Origin: Trichoplax adhaerens
Taxonomy: Eukaryota; Animalia; Placozoa
Length of the DNA: 64,000 bases
Assembly: GCF_000150275.1 (NCBI RefSeq)
Contig: NW_002060945.1
Span: forward strand, 3,495,172-3,559,171
Reading direction: 5' to 3'
Part shown: positions 31,101 to 46,100 of the stretch, one piece after another
Position numbering within the stretch: the first letter of the stretch is position 1
How the letters are laid out: the number at the start of each line of letters is the position of its first letter
Translations under genes and position numbers: made by a program
The notes under the pieces: generated by a model
What the model saw: only the letters and a program-made list of their open reading frames with translations
Database searches by the model: none
What the model was told of the DNA's origin: nothing

Positions 31101-34100
31101 GGTATCATAATTTTGAAATAGAAAGAATAAATAAAATAATTCAGTTACGTCCTTAAATATAATTTAACTTGATTTAAAAATAAAATAATTTTTTATGTTT
31201 TAGTATAATCATTACCCAAATCGCTAACAGTTAAATTGTAAAAAGTAAATGAAAGTATAAGACCAATGAAGGAAAATCATTTCTCAACTTAGATAATTGT
31301 AATCAATGAGGTTGGATTAAGACAATTGAATTGATTAAGAGCGAAAAATCCTGCCTAGCTTAATTAATTCAGTTAACTTTAATAATAATGTAAATTTATT
31401 TAAAATATCGAACTAATTGGTATCACAACCTATTCTTCATAATTAATAGAACCGGTTGGTACATAGACATATGATGTCTAGCAGAATAGATTAATAGATC
31501 TGAATTGAAATAACAATGCTATCATCGAATTGAATAGATTAAGGGAAAATGATTTGTCTGCGTAATAATAGACTTAGTTAATACACAATAAAAGCATGAA
31601 ATCTACAGCAGGTATTGTTTAGTCTATTCTATTCATTTTGAGATACTTCCAACTCCCTCTTTCATACCATAATTTTTGGATGCCCTTAGTCACGACTCCA
31701 TCGAACTGATTAATTATTGCTATTTCAACAATAGGTATGACAATGTATATTATCGTTTGTCAACTATGCAAGTGCAACAGCTGGACTATCATATTCTCAT
31801 ATCATCCTTTCTTTTTTTCTCTGTTTATGCGAAAATCTAGTAATGTAGCTCTCGTGAAGTGCAAAATAGTATTAATGCAATGTGTATCCGTGTAAAGTAT
31901 TAGATAAAAGATGAAAGTAGTAGGTATGTCTAATGATCACATTCATATCGCTTACACAATTCTTCTATAACCTTTAATGCAAATTCGATTAAATTAGAAT
32001 TAGTTATTTCTAAATGTAACGGAGTACATTAACGCTATTATTTTTGTTAAGCATGATTGCTAATACATTAATAATAACATGGGCACTTTAATAGATTTTA
32101 TATATCTTTTCTGTTTCCTAATTTATACTCGTCGACATACTGGGAAATGATATATCGTCGAATGGAAAGTAAACTTTAGTATAGTATATTTTATTTTAAT
32201 TTATTTTTGTTTTGCCATGATCAACTGCTATAGACTCGACGTGATATCTTAACTACAAAATTTAGAAATTATGTTTTTCTAACTATAGTAATTAATACAT
32301 AAAAGATGACTTGAACACTTTGCATAAATTTTATATTTTAGTTATAGTCATTACTTTTAGTAGCACAAATGTTCATATATTAACATATACGCTCGTACTG
32401 CGTTTCTCTATTCTAGATTATTTCTATGCGTACTCGTAATGCTGTTCATTATAATTATCAATTGAATCACGTTATTACTTAGATGTTCTTAAATAAAAAA
32501 CAATCCTAAAATTTTAAATGTACCAACTGTGCAAAGTTGTTAAACTAATAAAAATAGCAGAAAGAAATGATTCTATCAAGTTAAAATAATACTGCGCCTT
32601 TGTATAATGGCGATTATGAATCTTAACCTTTCCATAACTGATTAATTAACGTACTATAGACATATAGAGCAGGTCTCCATTACTATGCGTCATCATTATT
32701 TTGTTACTAAAGCCATCATTTCCTTAGATATATAATAATATAGTATTCTCAGTTTAATACACCATATTAACAAAGTTGTAAATCATTTCTCATAATAGTA
32801 ATTGATAATCTACATTATTCTTATATCATAATTACAATAATTTCAAGCTTGTTTATCATTTAGAGAATTAACTTACAAACAGTAACATATCCTGATAGTT
32901 TAACTGTAAAAATATAGAATAATATTAATTCTACTTCGTATCATACTTGTATCATTTTACTCATTTTAGTCCACGTACTGTTGATTACCCTATGCAACAG
33001 TACTTATCCGTAAGAGTTCTAAGAATAACATTAGGCTATTCTTTTTCCATATTTACTGGAATACAATACTAATAGACTAAAATGGTCACAAATATGAATT
33101 AGATTTTGTATTTTTATAAATTTGGGATTAGGCCTTAATACATTGTATACAGGCCTAGAAGGATATATACAGTACTGTACCGTAGGTAGGTTACATGATC
33201 CAAAACAGTGAATTTAACTTTCTAGTCTTACGGTAAATGTTTGAAGGGATATATGCGTCAGCTACAATTTATATCCATGTATACTGTATGTTACTGGAGA
33301 AAATGTGCGCTATTTTCTTAACATATTTTAGATAAAAGCCATAAGCTCAGCTTAAAATGATTAATTAACAGAACTGTAGCATTACTTTGATTTGAAAATG
33401 TTAGCAACAAAATATAGTGAAAGATTTAAGACTCACCCCGCATGTAAAAATACGTATGTTAGAATATATAAAGCATTTCAAAGCATTGTGAGAACTAAGA
33501 TAATACTGAGTAATAGAAAATAATATTATTGAATAAAGACCAAATTAAAATATCGGGAAAACAGCGAGGGTCATACTGCCATATTGTAATATAAGCAACG
33601 ACAGTAGTTGCTAGTATACAGCTGTTATGGTACATAAATAAACCTATGTAAAACGGCAGTTATAGTAAATAACGAGATGGATCTATGAAATGATACACTA
33701 ATAACGTTTTTACTTCCATATGAAAGCTAAAAAATATGTATTTCGTCTTTATGTTTGCAGTTAGTATTGAAGGACAAACTGCGTAGCTATAGAATAGTTG
33801 TTAGTGCGAAGTTTTTCAATCGCAACGTAGAATATTAGCAGATGTATACGTCATAGTATGTATTGATGAAGGTAGACTAGAAGCACTTAAAATGAAATAC
33901 TAAATAGATTTACTAATATATGTGTCTTGGTATAGTGTAAAAGAATAAAATTAGTAGAATTTTCGATAATAGAATTATACGAGTATAGTAATATTAGTTC
34001 AAAGTAGATGGCTGTAACCTGGCTGATAAAATAAAACTATATCAAAAAATTGAGCAGTAAGATCGGAGAAATTCGAATTGGATCGTGACTCATTTTTCAG

Positions 34101-37100
34101 GGAATATTTTCGAGAATTTTAACGTTACTATGAAGATAAATTAACTATGAGAGAGAAAAATTGATGAAAGTCAATTAAAGTAAAAAAGAATCAAAAGAAA
34201 GTGGGATCCAGTTATATAGATTCTGTCTTGTAAAAGGTGTAATAAAGCAACACATGAATGAAAATTAGGTAGTGAGTAAAAAGGGAAAACTTTTATATTA
34301 AGAATCAATGATAGGAGAAGAGAAATCAGAAAAGTTAGATATAAGTAGAAAGAGAAAGATTAAATTTGAATCTTTCTCTAGTATTGTTGTAATTTTTCTA
34401 ACCTCAGTATAGCTTTAGTTGAATTTGACCGATTGAATTTGCCTTTACTGGGTTCGGTGTAATAATATTGATTGATTTCAAAGGATGATGATGTTGATTC
34501 TGTATCGACTAATGTCCAAAAAGAAGATCACATTAGAAAACAAGTTCAATTCAAATTGAGCTTCCTAAAAGGTCTCTAATGTATGTTACAAAGTTAACGT
34601 TAAAATAAAATAACCCTTTACTGCTATATTCAGCGGTCATCTACGTCACAATTAAAAGCGCTTACATAATATTAACAGTTGTATGATAATATCAAATTGT
34701 TGAAAAATAAAATGAAACAACTGGATGAACTCCTTTACGTAGGCTATCACTGCGTGACAAAACAATCAACAATCGAGAAGTTTGTTCAACTCAAGACAAA
34801 AAGATGGTTCCAGCAGTCTTGTCTTCCTACCCTAAGGAATAATATTAACGTAAGGCAATCAACTACGTCAAATCCCGTTATCGAACCTTTTTATAGATCA
34901 ATTTTGTTGAACATCAATAGATGAAAACGAAAATTAATCGCAATTTATTTTGAAAGGGAAGAAAAGAAAGAAAAATATTCGCTTAGCCTGATTTGGAATA
35001 TTTGATGAGTTGTTTCATTGATTATCAATGTATATATATATATATACAAAAAGAAATTTTGAATGGGACTGGAGAAATAATCTTGTTCAATGTTATCATC
35101 AGCTATAAATAGATAGTGATCCAAATACAATAGAAGCTATCAAAGTTACTGTCTGTGATGTCATGAAAATATTATCAATATCTATCATCAAGTATTAATA
35201 GGCTAGTAATAGAAAAAAGAATATTAAATCAGCGCGAACGGTCGGCTAATTGAGAAATTAGAATTGTAATCGAAAGGAAAATATTGCACACAAACATTAT
35301 TGATGATTATGAGAAAGCATTACGAATTCTGCTACTGCTGTCATCTAAGTAAATATCGTGAAATGATACAATATGCAAAATTGCAGCCAACAACATGTTC
35401 AGTAGTCAATAGCGATAGAGAAGAATATCCAATCAGCGCTTACTGTATACCTCCTTCACCTTCAAATTAGGATTGTAAGCGAAGGAAAATATCGCACATA
35501 CAATATTTACTCTAACGTCATTACGCATAAATACATGTACATAAATATCATAGAATAATATTCTTAATAAGATAGACAAAATTGTAACTAACAACGTGTG
35601 TACTGTACAGTCATTAATAGCAATAAAGAAGAACGTTAATTAAATCAACGCAAGCCACTCATGAACTGAGAAACTGGAATTGTAATCGAAAGGAAAATAG
35701 CACACGCACAGTATTTATGCTAATGAGAAGGTATTGCAAATTCGGTTGTTGCTGTTATCTAAATAAATATCATGAAATGATGCTCTTAATATGGCATGCA
35801 AAATTGCAGCTAATAAAATGTATCACTCTTCTGCATTCGAGATTTTCTTAATGAAATATAGAGGAATATCAAAACAATACAAACTACTCATTAGCTAAGA
35901 AATTGGATTATACGTATTCTAGAGGAAATTATCACGCGTTCAAAAACTACTCTAATGAGAAGGTATTACAAATTATATACTACTGTCATCTAAATGAATA
36001 TCATGAAACAACTTTGTTAATGCGGCGTGTAAAAATTACGGCTCACGGTATGCAGTTATAGTACAGTAGATAGAAAAGAAATGATAAAGGAGGTGATTCT
36101 CCATTAATTAAGGATGATCTTTAGATTATATTTAATTAAAATACTATATTGGCTTCTTTATAGGAAGTATATACGTAAAAATTTGAATACGATGATATAT
36201 GAATATATGAATAGATACAATACACGTAGATTATATCAGGGGATTGTATTGTGTTGCTGCAATAAACTTGAAATACACAACAAATAATTGACCATAGATG
36301 TAAATTATCTTATTAGTCAGTCATTCAACATGATCGATTTCTGGAAAAAATTTTAATTTATCAATGATTTCAATCAAAGTAAAAGTTTCTTAAATTTTAT
36401 GCTAAAGATTACGAAATATATTAAAATGAGAACGAAAGTATGATTTATAAAGAATGTAATTGTAGCAGTAAGGATATTTATTGGGAAGCACTCCAAATGC
36501 TGTAAACTATCGTACTTTATTCAATCATGAAGAAAAAGCAATTTGATTGCATAAATGTAGAAATAAAGCGATAGAACAGTTAACCTGCTAGCACGACATG
36601 AAACAGAAAGGGCTTTTGTCCATTCTAATTGTTGAGTAAATCAAAAGATACATTTACTATATATCTCCTTAAGATTTACAATAGAAAGGCTGATTCGTTC
36701 CAGTAATATCATGACTCTGCAGTAGTCACAAAATAATTATCAAGTCACTCATAGGATGAGCTAACAATCCTTATAAGTACTGTATATACGTAATTTACTA
36801 ATACACTACATTATGTCTGTCTTGTTTTACAGCTTATTATGACATATCTTAAAGGGAAATACCAGTATTTCCTAAAATGACAGCTACAATTGGAGTAGAT
36901 TTTGACATTAACTAGGCTTGGAATAGAATGATAGGAATTCTAATGGAATGAAGGTGACTAATAGCAAATACCTATTGAATCAACTTATGGATCTGAATCA
37001 TAATAGTAGGTAATCACGTACATCTCATTGCGTAACATCGTCCGACTACAGCCAATTTCGTAGATGAGTAAGCAGTGACAATTTGATATGTATATATTCC

Positions 37101-40100
37101 TTTAAGTATTATAATAGAGGTAGAAGTGTACCTATTTCATTGTAGATCTGGACCTTAACATCATCATATTGCATTGTATTATGAGATGCAATAATCGAAT
37201 AGGTGATATAATAAGATTATGACTAATGGAAACAACGTATACTTGGCAGACACTTTAGTTGCGATGGCAATTTTATCATTTTACCTTTCCGGTCTTTGTT
37301 TAAAGACATTAGTATTTATTATTTGAAAGTTATTGATGGGAGTAGTTAAAAGTAATTAATTACAGAAAATGAGTGCTCTTCCACGATCTTTTAATACCCT
37401 CTGGAACGATATAAGTATCAATACTTTCCCATGTATACGTATATGTTATATAGTGATACATATACCAACTAAAAACCTATATTAAGGTACCTTACCATCT
37501 ATGCATAAGAAAGTACTAGTGAAAGATTTTTTGCAATAGTTCTCCATCCGCAGTATACTGACTGTAACGGTAGAAACAATATTACTATCATTTACTTATT
37601 CTTGAACTACAATAATCTAATCGGTGCCTAATATTGGGCAGCCTACCTTACTGTATATATCACTAAATTCACGATATTTTCTATTAGACGCTAGATAAGC
37701 CTTTTGAACTAATTTGAACCGATTAGTAGTTCGCCTAAATTTCCAGTTGATAGAATTTAGCTTACGATAATGTGATCACAGCGAAAGTTTTATCTTACTG
37801 TTTAAACACTCATAATTACCTTGCCCCAATCTTTGATAAATATAGTAACGGGCCAGTGTATGGCTTATTTAAACACTACCTTATAGTTCGAAGTATTCTA
37901 GGGATAATTATAGTTAATAATAAGATGCGAAATATTATTTTGTAAATTCAGACAGCTTCAGAAGATGTCTAATACCATTTTTTAGAAAACACTATATTAG
38001 ACATTATTCCTAGCAACGTTAAGAATGAGTGTACGTATCCAGGTAAATGACTATGAAATACAGAAACACTAAATTGGGCGAAAATAAACTTCAACAATTG
38101 AAATTTTAGTAAACCGAGCTGCCACGTTAAGCAGTTATTCTGATATTAAGATCAGTCTTGCGTGCGTAGCGCAAGATACCGAAGTCTAACGTTCAGATCG
38201 AAAAGCTATACAATTTTAAAACTGAGATTAAAACTGCAATATTGCTAAACGTAACTTACCGTCCGGGTCCTTAATAAATTCAGGTAAAGTGCTACTTCTT
38301 TTCAGTCCATAAGAACGCGGGATAGAATCATCAGATGAGTGTTGTTGTGAAAATCTTGATTTCGTTGATTTTTTTCTCCATTTCGTTTTTCTCTCTTGCG
38401 GTTCAGCAATACTACCTAAGAGTAATTCTTCTCCACTTGAGTAATCCTAAGCAATAGCAACGATTTAAGTAACAGGGATTATACTCGTTATTGATACATT
38501 GCTAACGTCGTCAATTCCATCTATAACAAAAGGTAACTATTTTAAAACTAACACGCGAAAATACTGACTTTTTCAGATCCAATACCACTTAAGCGAGGAT
38601 AATCGCCATCCGAGTCTTCTGGAGATACACTATATTGAAATATAGTTAAGAAGACGTTATCTTATTTTTATATATCGAAATCTTTGATACAACTATTGTA
38701 TATAAGATTACAACCAGATAACCAAAGACTGTTACTTTAAACTTACAATACTTCTGAGCCACTACCTGGCCTTGATTGTATACTAACATTGCCACCTGTA
38801 ATCATCGTAAATTGAATGTTAATAACGTTATATTTTACTGATGCAAGAAAGTAACACAGTCAATGCCCTCACGTAATTTAGCAATCCCAATATATACTAG
38901 CGGCTTTAAGCGCTTGATCCATTCTTCAGTTACGGATTCGCTATAAGACTAAAATCGCAACAAAACATGATCGAATCTTTATGATTGAGAAAGAATTACA
39001 TTGTAGTATATTCCGTATTTACTGAGTCAGTTTAATTTACTTTGAAAATTAATTTGCTATCTGAAGCCCTTTTCGAAATTATAACAAACTTAAGAGGCTC
39101 GTTTTCTATTCTGCCTACGGATGCAATATCGGCGACCTAATAAGATATCAACCGCAGAAAAATTATTATAGTACTCGAAAAGTATTAAAATTACAGATAC
39201 GCATACATGCGATAATCATCCTTAGTAACTTACCATGATCCTACTCTTAAATATGTAATTTTTAACGTTGCCATCCCCATCCTTTACTTGTTTGCTTAAC
39301 ACTAAAGCTTTCTCAAATAGAAATAGATGACGTTCTTTTTCTTTTCGTCGAATACTCTTTGAATCCATTAATAAGCACTCATCTTGCATAATAACTTTTC
39401 CTAGCCCTTCTATATCGCTATCTACGCCTGTTAAAAGGCCAGCATGCATTGCATCATTCGCCCGCCTAGGAACACTCAACATCACCTCCACACTTGCTTT
39501 AATTTCCTCTTTCCCACTATCAACACAGTCCATCAGATCTTTCAATAATAATTGATATTTTGTCATTCTTTGAACAGGTTTTATTAAATAAGATGATAGT
39601 GAAACATCACAACAAGAGCGCTGTTGTACATCATCAAAGAAAGTCTGGCCATATTCCATAACCACTGTGTTGGATCTTGATTTATTACGACAATAATCAA
39701 CATACATTTCGAAATGTTCAGCATGCGAAATAAAGCAATTACCAACATTTTCGGGACTATCAATACAGGCAGTAAGTTCATTACAAAATGTGCTTTTATG
39801 AAAATTGTAAATTTCTTCAATATTTCCAAAGATGACCTCATCTCTACCATATAATTCAGCTGGAACGTCGGGCCCATGCATGGCTTCCATGTATATATTA
39901 ATAACTTGTTCTAAATCTTTTACATATGTCTGCTCTGTTGTAATCAACTCGTTAATAACAAATTTCTTTCGTCGTTCAATTCGTTGCTTTTCATCATCTT
40001 CTGATAATTGTCTCTTAAGAGATCCTCGACTTCCAGATCTTTGCAAATCAGAACGAAGGCTAGATAAACTTGCTCTACTAGACATTTTATGGAGATAAGT

Positions 40101-43100
40101 ATGTTTATCAGGATATTCCGTTGTTGGTTCACCTTTAGTAATTGCTTCCAGGAGAAACTGATGTTTGCTCATGTTATAATCGCAATCATAATAGTTCGTT
40201 TCCAGCGAATCCATCATAGCTTTAACATTATCCGCATGATTATGTTTATTTTCAATTAATTCTACACCATCCTCGAGCAAATTTTCAATAGTTCGATACA
40301 TTTCTTTTAAACTTGCTTCATTCTCTCGGAATAACTTTAAATGAAGTTTTGCTTCAGATTCTGTTAATTTTTCATAATTTAAATTCATAGGTATATGGAA
40401 AATATTTGATTCATGAAGAGTATTTAAAGTTTTCTTAGCTTCAGTATCAAAAATTATAAATTCTTTACAGTGTTCTAAACTAATCATATGTGATCGCCAT
40501 AAGTTAAGAACATAACCCTCACGACGTCTTAGCTGTTCAATGATCAGACGAGGATGTTCTCTTGACGAACTGGTAACAATATCGTCTTTGGAAGTTTCAT
40601 TTATTGCCTCTTCGTTGGCGTAGGTATCTATAGCTTGAATTAACGATAGCAAGTTGGTAGAATAAACGCGAACAAGGCCGCAGGCAGCAATTATGGTATC
40701 TCTTTCCTTGTTATGTTTAGCGATCAATTCATAAATTGCTTCACTTTTATTAGTAACTCCTGTAAATTCACTAGCAATATCACATGGATCTCGGCCAGAA
40801 GAAAAATCTCTTTCCGCACTAGATAAAACTTGAAATATCTATAATTGGTTTATAGTAAAAAGTTAGCAGCCTTAATTTCCTTCTTTTGAATATATTATAT
40901 ATAATTATCAAAGAGAAAAATAATGTAATTCTATTAGATAAGATGAAATTGAATGTTAACGCAATTAAAGAATACCTCTTCCGAAGCTTCATGGAATTGT
41001 ACTGATGTGGTAAGAAGCTCATCCCGAAGGTTGCATAAACGGTTAAGGCAATCCCAACTTTCCATGATGTTATTGATACAATTGTTACAGGTTTCAAAAT
41101 TATGTAACCCACTCTCGTTTAATTTGGTGCCTTCTTTATATATGTTCTCAACACTTTGACCGATACACTATATCATGTGCCAAAATAAATATTTTAAATC
41201 CATAAGATAGATGGATTGATATATAATATCGCTATGGATACATAGACATAGGAATATTCAACACTGTAACATGAACAAATACAGCAAGTAACTTTTAGCG
41301 TTATGTCATTTACATCAATAGTCTTCTTAAATCCTTCGAATTGTTCTTGCAAAGACTTTGCTTCAATTGGATTTCTTCCAATCTCTGAGAAGTTGATTAG
41401 AGACAACTCCGCGTGACGTATCCATCCAGATAGCTAAAATAAATGTACAAGTTTTACATGTTGATATAGTAATATGAATGTCTAAATATTATCAAAATTA
41501 ATATAAAAGAACGTATAATGTATGATAAGCTAGGGTACCTCATTTCCTTTCTCTATAAACTTGACCAACGTTAAATGTCTTTTCATAAATGCTAATTTTG
41601 TCGAGTTGGTATTAACAAATTGCTGTTGTTTATCAACGCATAGCTGCATAGATGCGTTTAATGCGCTGACATGATCTTGTTCATTTTCATCTGAGGAACT
41701 AGGGATATTTATTTGTAGATCCTGTATCTGCGGAACAATATTGTCACGTAACAGCTGTAATTCCTCCAGTTGCGATGTAAACAACGTATTTTTATCTTCA
41801 TATGCATTTATAAGCATTTCCATTTGTTGGCTACTATCGGGATAGGTTGCATCTAATATTTCGCTTCGTTGTTGATCGCAATCTTGCATAAACTGTAAAA
41901 TATGTGAGTCGATAATTAGTTACAACGAATATGTATGCAGGTACTTATATACGACATTCTATATTCATATTTATGATGCAAATCTGACCTTATCAATGTT
42001 TTCTTTAAGCTCAAAAAAGTCAAGACATAGTTCCAGCTTGCTTAGACGCATTGCCCACAAACCGTCTACTGCGCGTCTTTTCTCTGATAAGCCAGCAATT
42101 ACTTCTTCCACAAGATCAACTGCTTCATTGAGCAGTTCTTCGGATGGCTCTGTTATCGATTTATAATATTAGAGGTTACAAAGTTACAAACTCCGGCTAG
42201 TAACTTATGATTTAAAGATTAAACGTATCAGTGCTTACTATTTTTATTCTTTAGAGCAGCAAAACTTTCGTAATGGTCTTTTAAGCTCCTAATAAGATTG
42301 TCACAGTCTCCTTTTGTTAATCGTTGAGCATTAAGTGCTGCCTTTTGCCTAACTTGGCATCCTTCCAGCATCTCTTTAGCTTCCGCTAGTGAGGAGGCAA
42401 ATGCATCCTGACACAACTTCATTTTAACACCATTTAACCATTTCGTAAACTAAAAATTATAATTATTAATTAGTATATGGCTTTATTGAACCTACATTAA
42501 TTACGCTTCTAAGATAGTAACAGTGAATACACTGTAATGACCAAACAAACCTCTTTAGTATGGCTATGAAAAACAATAGATAATTCTATCATTTCTCTAC
42601 GCTTGCATACACATTTACGAAAATTTTCCACAGTATCGAATAGCCTTTTTCTTAAATTTTGTACGGCACGCTTGTCGCATTCTGCTGTTTCAGTAAGGTG
42701 TTCGCAAGTCTTTAATAATTTCTCTGCATTATTGTACATAGTCTGCAATCAATAACAAGAATAATGTTAATCTATTTATTAAATAATACGAAATAATCAA
42801 ATACAAAAGGATTGATTGCCAGATTACTACTGTATGGAATCGTATCTGAAATATACGTGCAATATCAATGACGACTTTCACAGACCTCACACATCTTCTC
42901 GAATTCTTCATGTTTTCGTAAAAGCATGTCTGCTTTGCTTAGAGATTTTGCTATACGAAAATTTTTTATTAAATACATTTCCCCATGCAGTTCAATCCAC
43001 TCAATAACCTATGCAAATTATAATTTAGTAATATATTTCCATTCTATGTGATACACAGAAGTTTACAATTACACAATAGGCAATATCATTTAGGTATCAT

Positions 43101-46100
43101 CAACGTTTTCGCATATTGCTTAATTTACCCGATCGGAATCTTCATCGATTATACATAGCTGATATTTTTGATCAAGTTTTTTGACGACTGAGGACCATTT
43201 TCGTTCGAATTCTTCTTTTTCTATCTCGACAGTGTGCAACAGACTCAAAACATGATTTGCTGCTTCATTGTAAGTAGGACTAGCTGCGGTCCACATATTA
43301 CTGTTAATGACGATAGTACTAGGTGTATGAAGCAGTTGAGAAAGGTCTTTACCAATCCTTTTAATTTTATTATAAGCTTCTTTAAATTCTTCTTGAATGG
43401 TATTATGCTTTAATTGCAAATCTTGTAAGGTTGATAAACCTTGAGGTATTCTTTCTCTATCATGATGACAAGCTCTTTTAAGTTTGTCCACTAATCTGAT
43501 GAACTACATTCAACGATAGTTATTTCTTTAAACTTTTGAATTGCTTTGAAAAATTTCGAACACAATAACTATCATCCAATGTATACTTACATTTTCGTAC
43601 TCTTTGTGAAATAGAAGCGATTCGCGTACCAAGGCTCCCCTTTCTTCCAGACTGGCAGCGAAATGTTTCCATTCTCTGTCAAGTGTTTCACATTCCTCCA
43701 GAAGATCTTCTTTGGCATATTGCATGTTGGGAAATAATTTGTTACCTTGTTGCAATAGTTTACTAACGTTTACATATACGTTCTGCAATAGATTAGTGAT
43801 TTAAAGTTAGATAGACATCTTTAAATAAATCAATGCATTTCCGACGTGATAGAATTGACTACATTATACCATTGCACTCTCTTGAAATCTATGATAATCT
43901 TCTTTATGCCTCTTAGCAGATTCGATGCTAGTTCCAATGTCAGTGAGTTTCATCAAGAAATTATCTCTATTGCGTTTAATCCATTCCCTGACCTATAGTT
44001 CAAGAGATTAATGATAGAAAAAATACCAATGACGATATCCTCGAAATCATAGATGTAAAATTATCATTTTACTGCTGAAATATTGATGTAACTAGAAAAC
44101 CATAACAAATATTGCAGATCAGCAGCCTAAAAACTTCACACTAACTTTACCGTTTTATACAATAACTTACTTTTCCACTTTCTTTGACAAAAAGGCATAA
44201 CTGGTAATGTTGATCCAGGTTTAATTTTTGTTTTTGCCATTGGTCACGCAATTGTTGACGTTTTGTATGCATAATATTTATTAGTGTTTGGATTCGGCTT
44301 GCACTGGCAGTAAAGTCTTCTAAGGAAGTTCGAATAGGTCGTTCTCTTCAAATATTGTAAAAGTAGCACATTTTAGTAATCTTGCTAAATTACAATAAAC
44401 AATAGCAAAACATCTATATCTGTGTCGTTGAAGTTATAAAAGCGTAAAATTTATTTTTAATATTCAAATCTGTTGAAAGTAATCATAGCAATAGAAATTA
44501 TAGGCACTACACAGGTACCCTTGAATCAAATCTAGAATAGTTTGTCCGTTTTCTTCAAATTCATTAATGGGAAGATTGTGCATTAGTTGCTTTATTTTCA
44601 GATGATCTTTTTTCCTTTCTTTAATTGCCTCTAGTTCTTTTGGTAAATTAAGGTTGCCGACGGAATCGGATATTTTATCCATTTGATGAATAACACCTAA
44701 TGATTTTCTTGAAAATTCTTCCAACATCTACAATATTACATATGAGATGTTTTAAAACGAATAAATCATTTAACTATTTATGCTAGTATAATTTTATCGT
44801 ACATTTGCTTTTTATTAAAAAGTAACATTCATTAACTATGTACAAGTATTATATTAGCTTACTAGGCGCAATTCTATCCATTCTTCGTGACAGTATGGTA
44901 ATATTCCTTGCAATTCTTCCGTTAAGTCAGTAATATCAATTTGCTTGACTAAATTGGATATAGAAACCACCTGCATCTATAATATGTGATAAGAACAAAC
45001 ACATTTGAACTTATTATGTCGAATAATACATATATATTGTAGCGTGACAGACATTTTAAGTATTAAACTTCTACATGATTGGATTATATAATCACGATAG
45101 ACGTGTACATGTATTTGTACGCGTATAAATAGCGAATTAGAACATGGGAAAATATCCATTAGTAACTATTGGTATCCGAATCGGTTAAAAATGATCAAAA
45201 AGCGGAAATTTCAAAGTCAATAATAAATTACATTTAATTCGGTCTTCATTTGTGTAATCATTGCTTTGCCACGTTTCCAAAAGGAATCGGATTTTATAAC
45301 AAATACTTTAGCGATAGTATCTAAGAAAGCTTCTTCCAGTATATTCAGTAGCGGCTTTAAGCCTCTCCAATCGACAGATCTTCCATCAACAATGACAGTC
45401 AGGCCTTTGACTTTTACTTCTTGACTAGATGTTGTAATAGTTAGTGTTAAAGTAGCTTGATACCGTGATAGATAAATTAAAATGATTTATAGTAATCATT
45501 TCTATAGCACTAGCTGCTACTTCATGACATACTTTATTATACGATACCTGTAGCATTAAATCATGCACAGAGTGACATTTATAATTTATATTACATTAGT
45601 CTATGTCACAGAGTATGGAAATCTTACCACGGAATGCTTGCAAGATAGTTTATTAGCTTTATTAGACGTTCACTTTCGATGTCAACAAATGTTACCCTAG
45701 CTAGAAAAGTGATGATAGCTCTGCCACTTCTATCTCGACCACCTAATAATTGTAAGTAAATGGGAAGCAATTTATGTTATCCCTTATGTCAAAAAATTAA
45801 CAAGTACTTTTAATTTGTGTAGTACAGTTGTAACTTTTAGAAGAGATTCGATCGGAAATCCAGTACTTAAGCATTACTATGATTGAGTTTACGTGTATCT
45901 AGGACAGAATATTGTAGCTAGTTTAAAATTAGCGATCGTTACTGTCTCAATTGCAAAGTAGTTTATTTATTGTTAAGTCATCGGCACTTTAAATTTGCAA
46001 TAAGTATTGATTGAGAGACATACGCGTACATTAATGTTGATAATATTTACAGTAATACAACATCTTGCAAGTCAAGTACATAAAACTTAGTTGTCACATT

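Noticed and set aside
39584-40132. Overlapping alternative-frame and antisense ORFs in the ORF track, also at 14826-15083 and 59106-59369
   Set aside because: Shadow ORFs of real exons. Most other 60-100 aa track ORFs are low-complexity intronic or intergenic noise.
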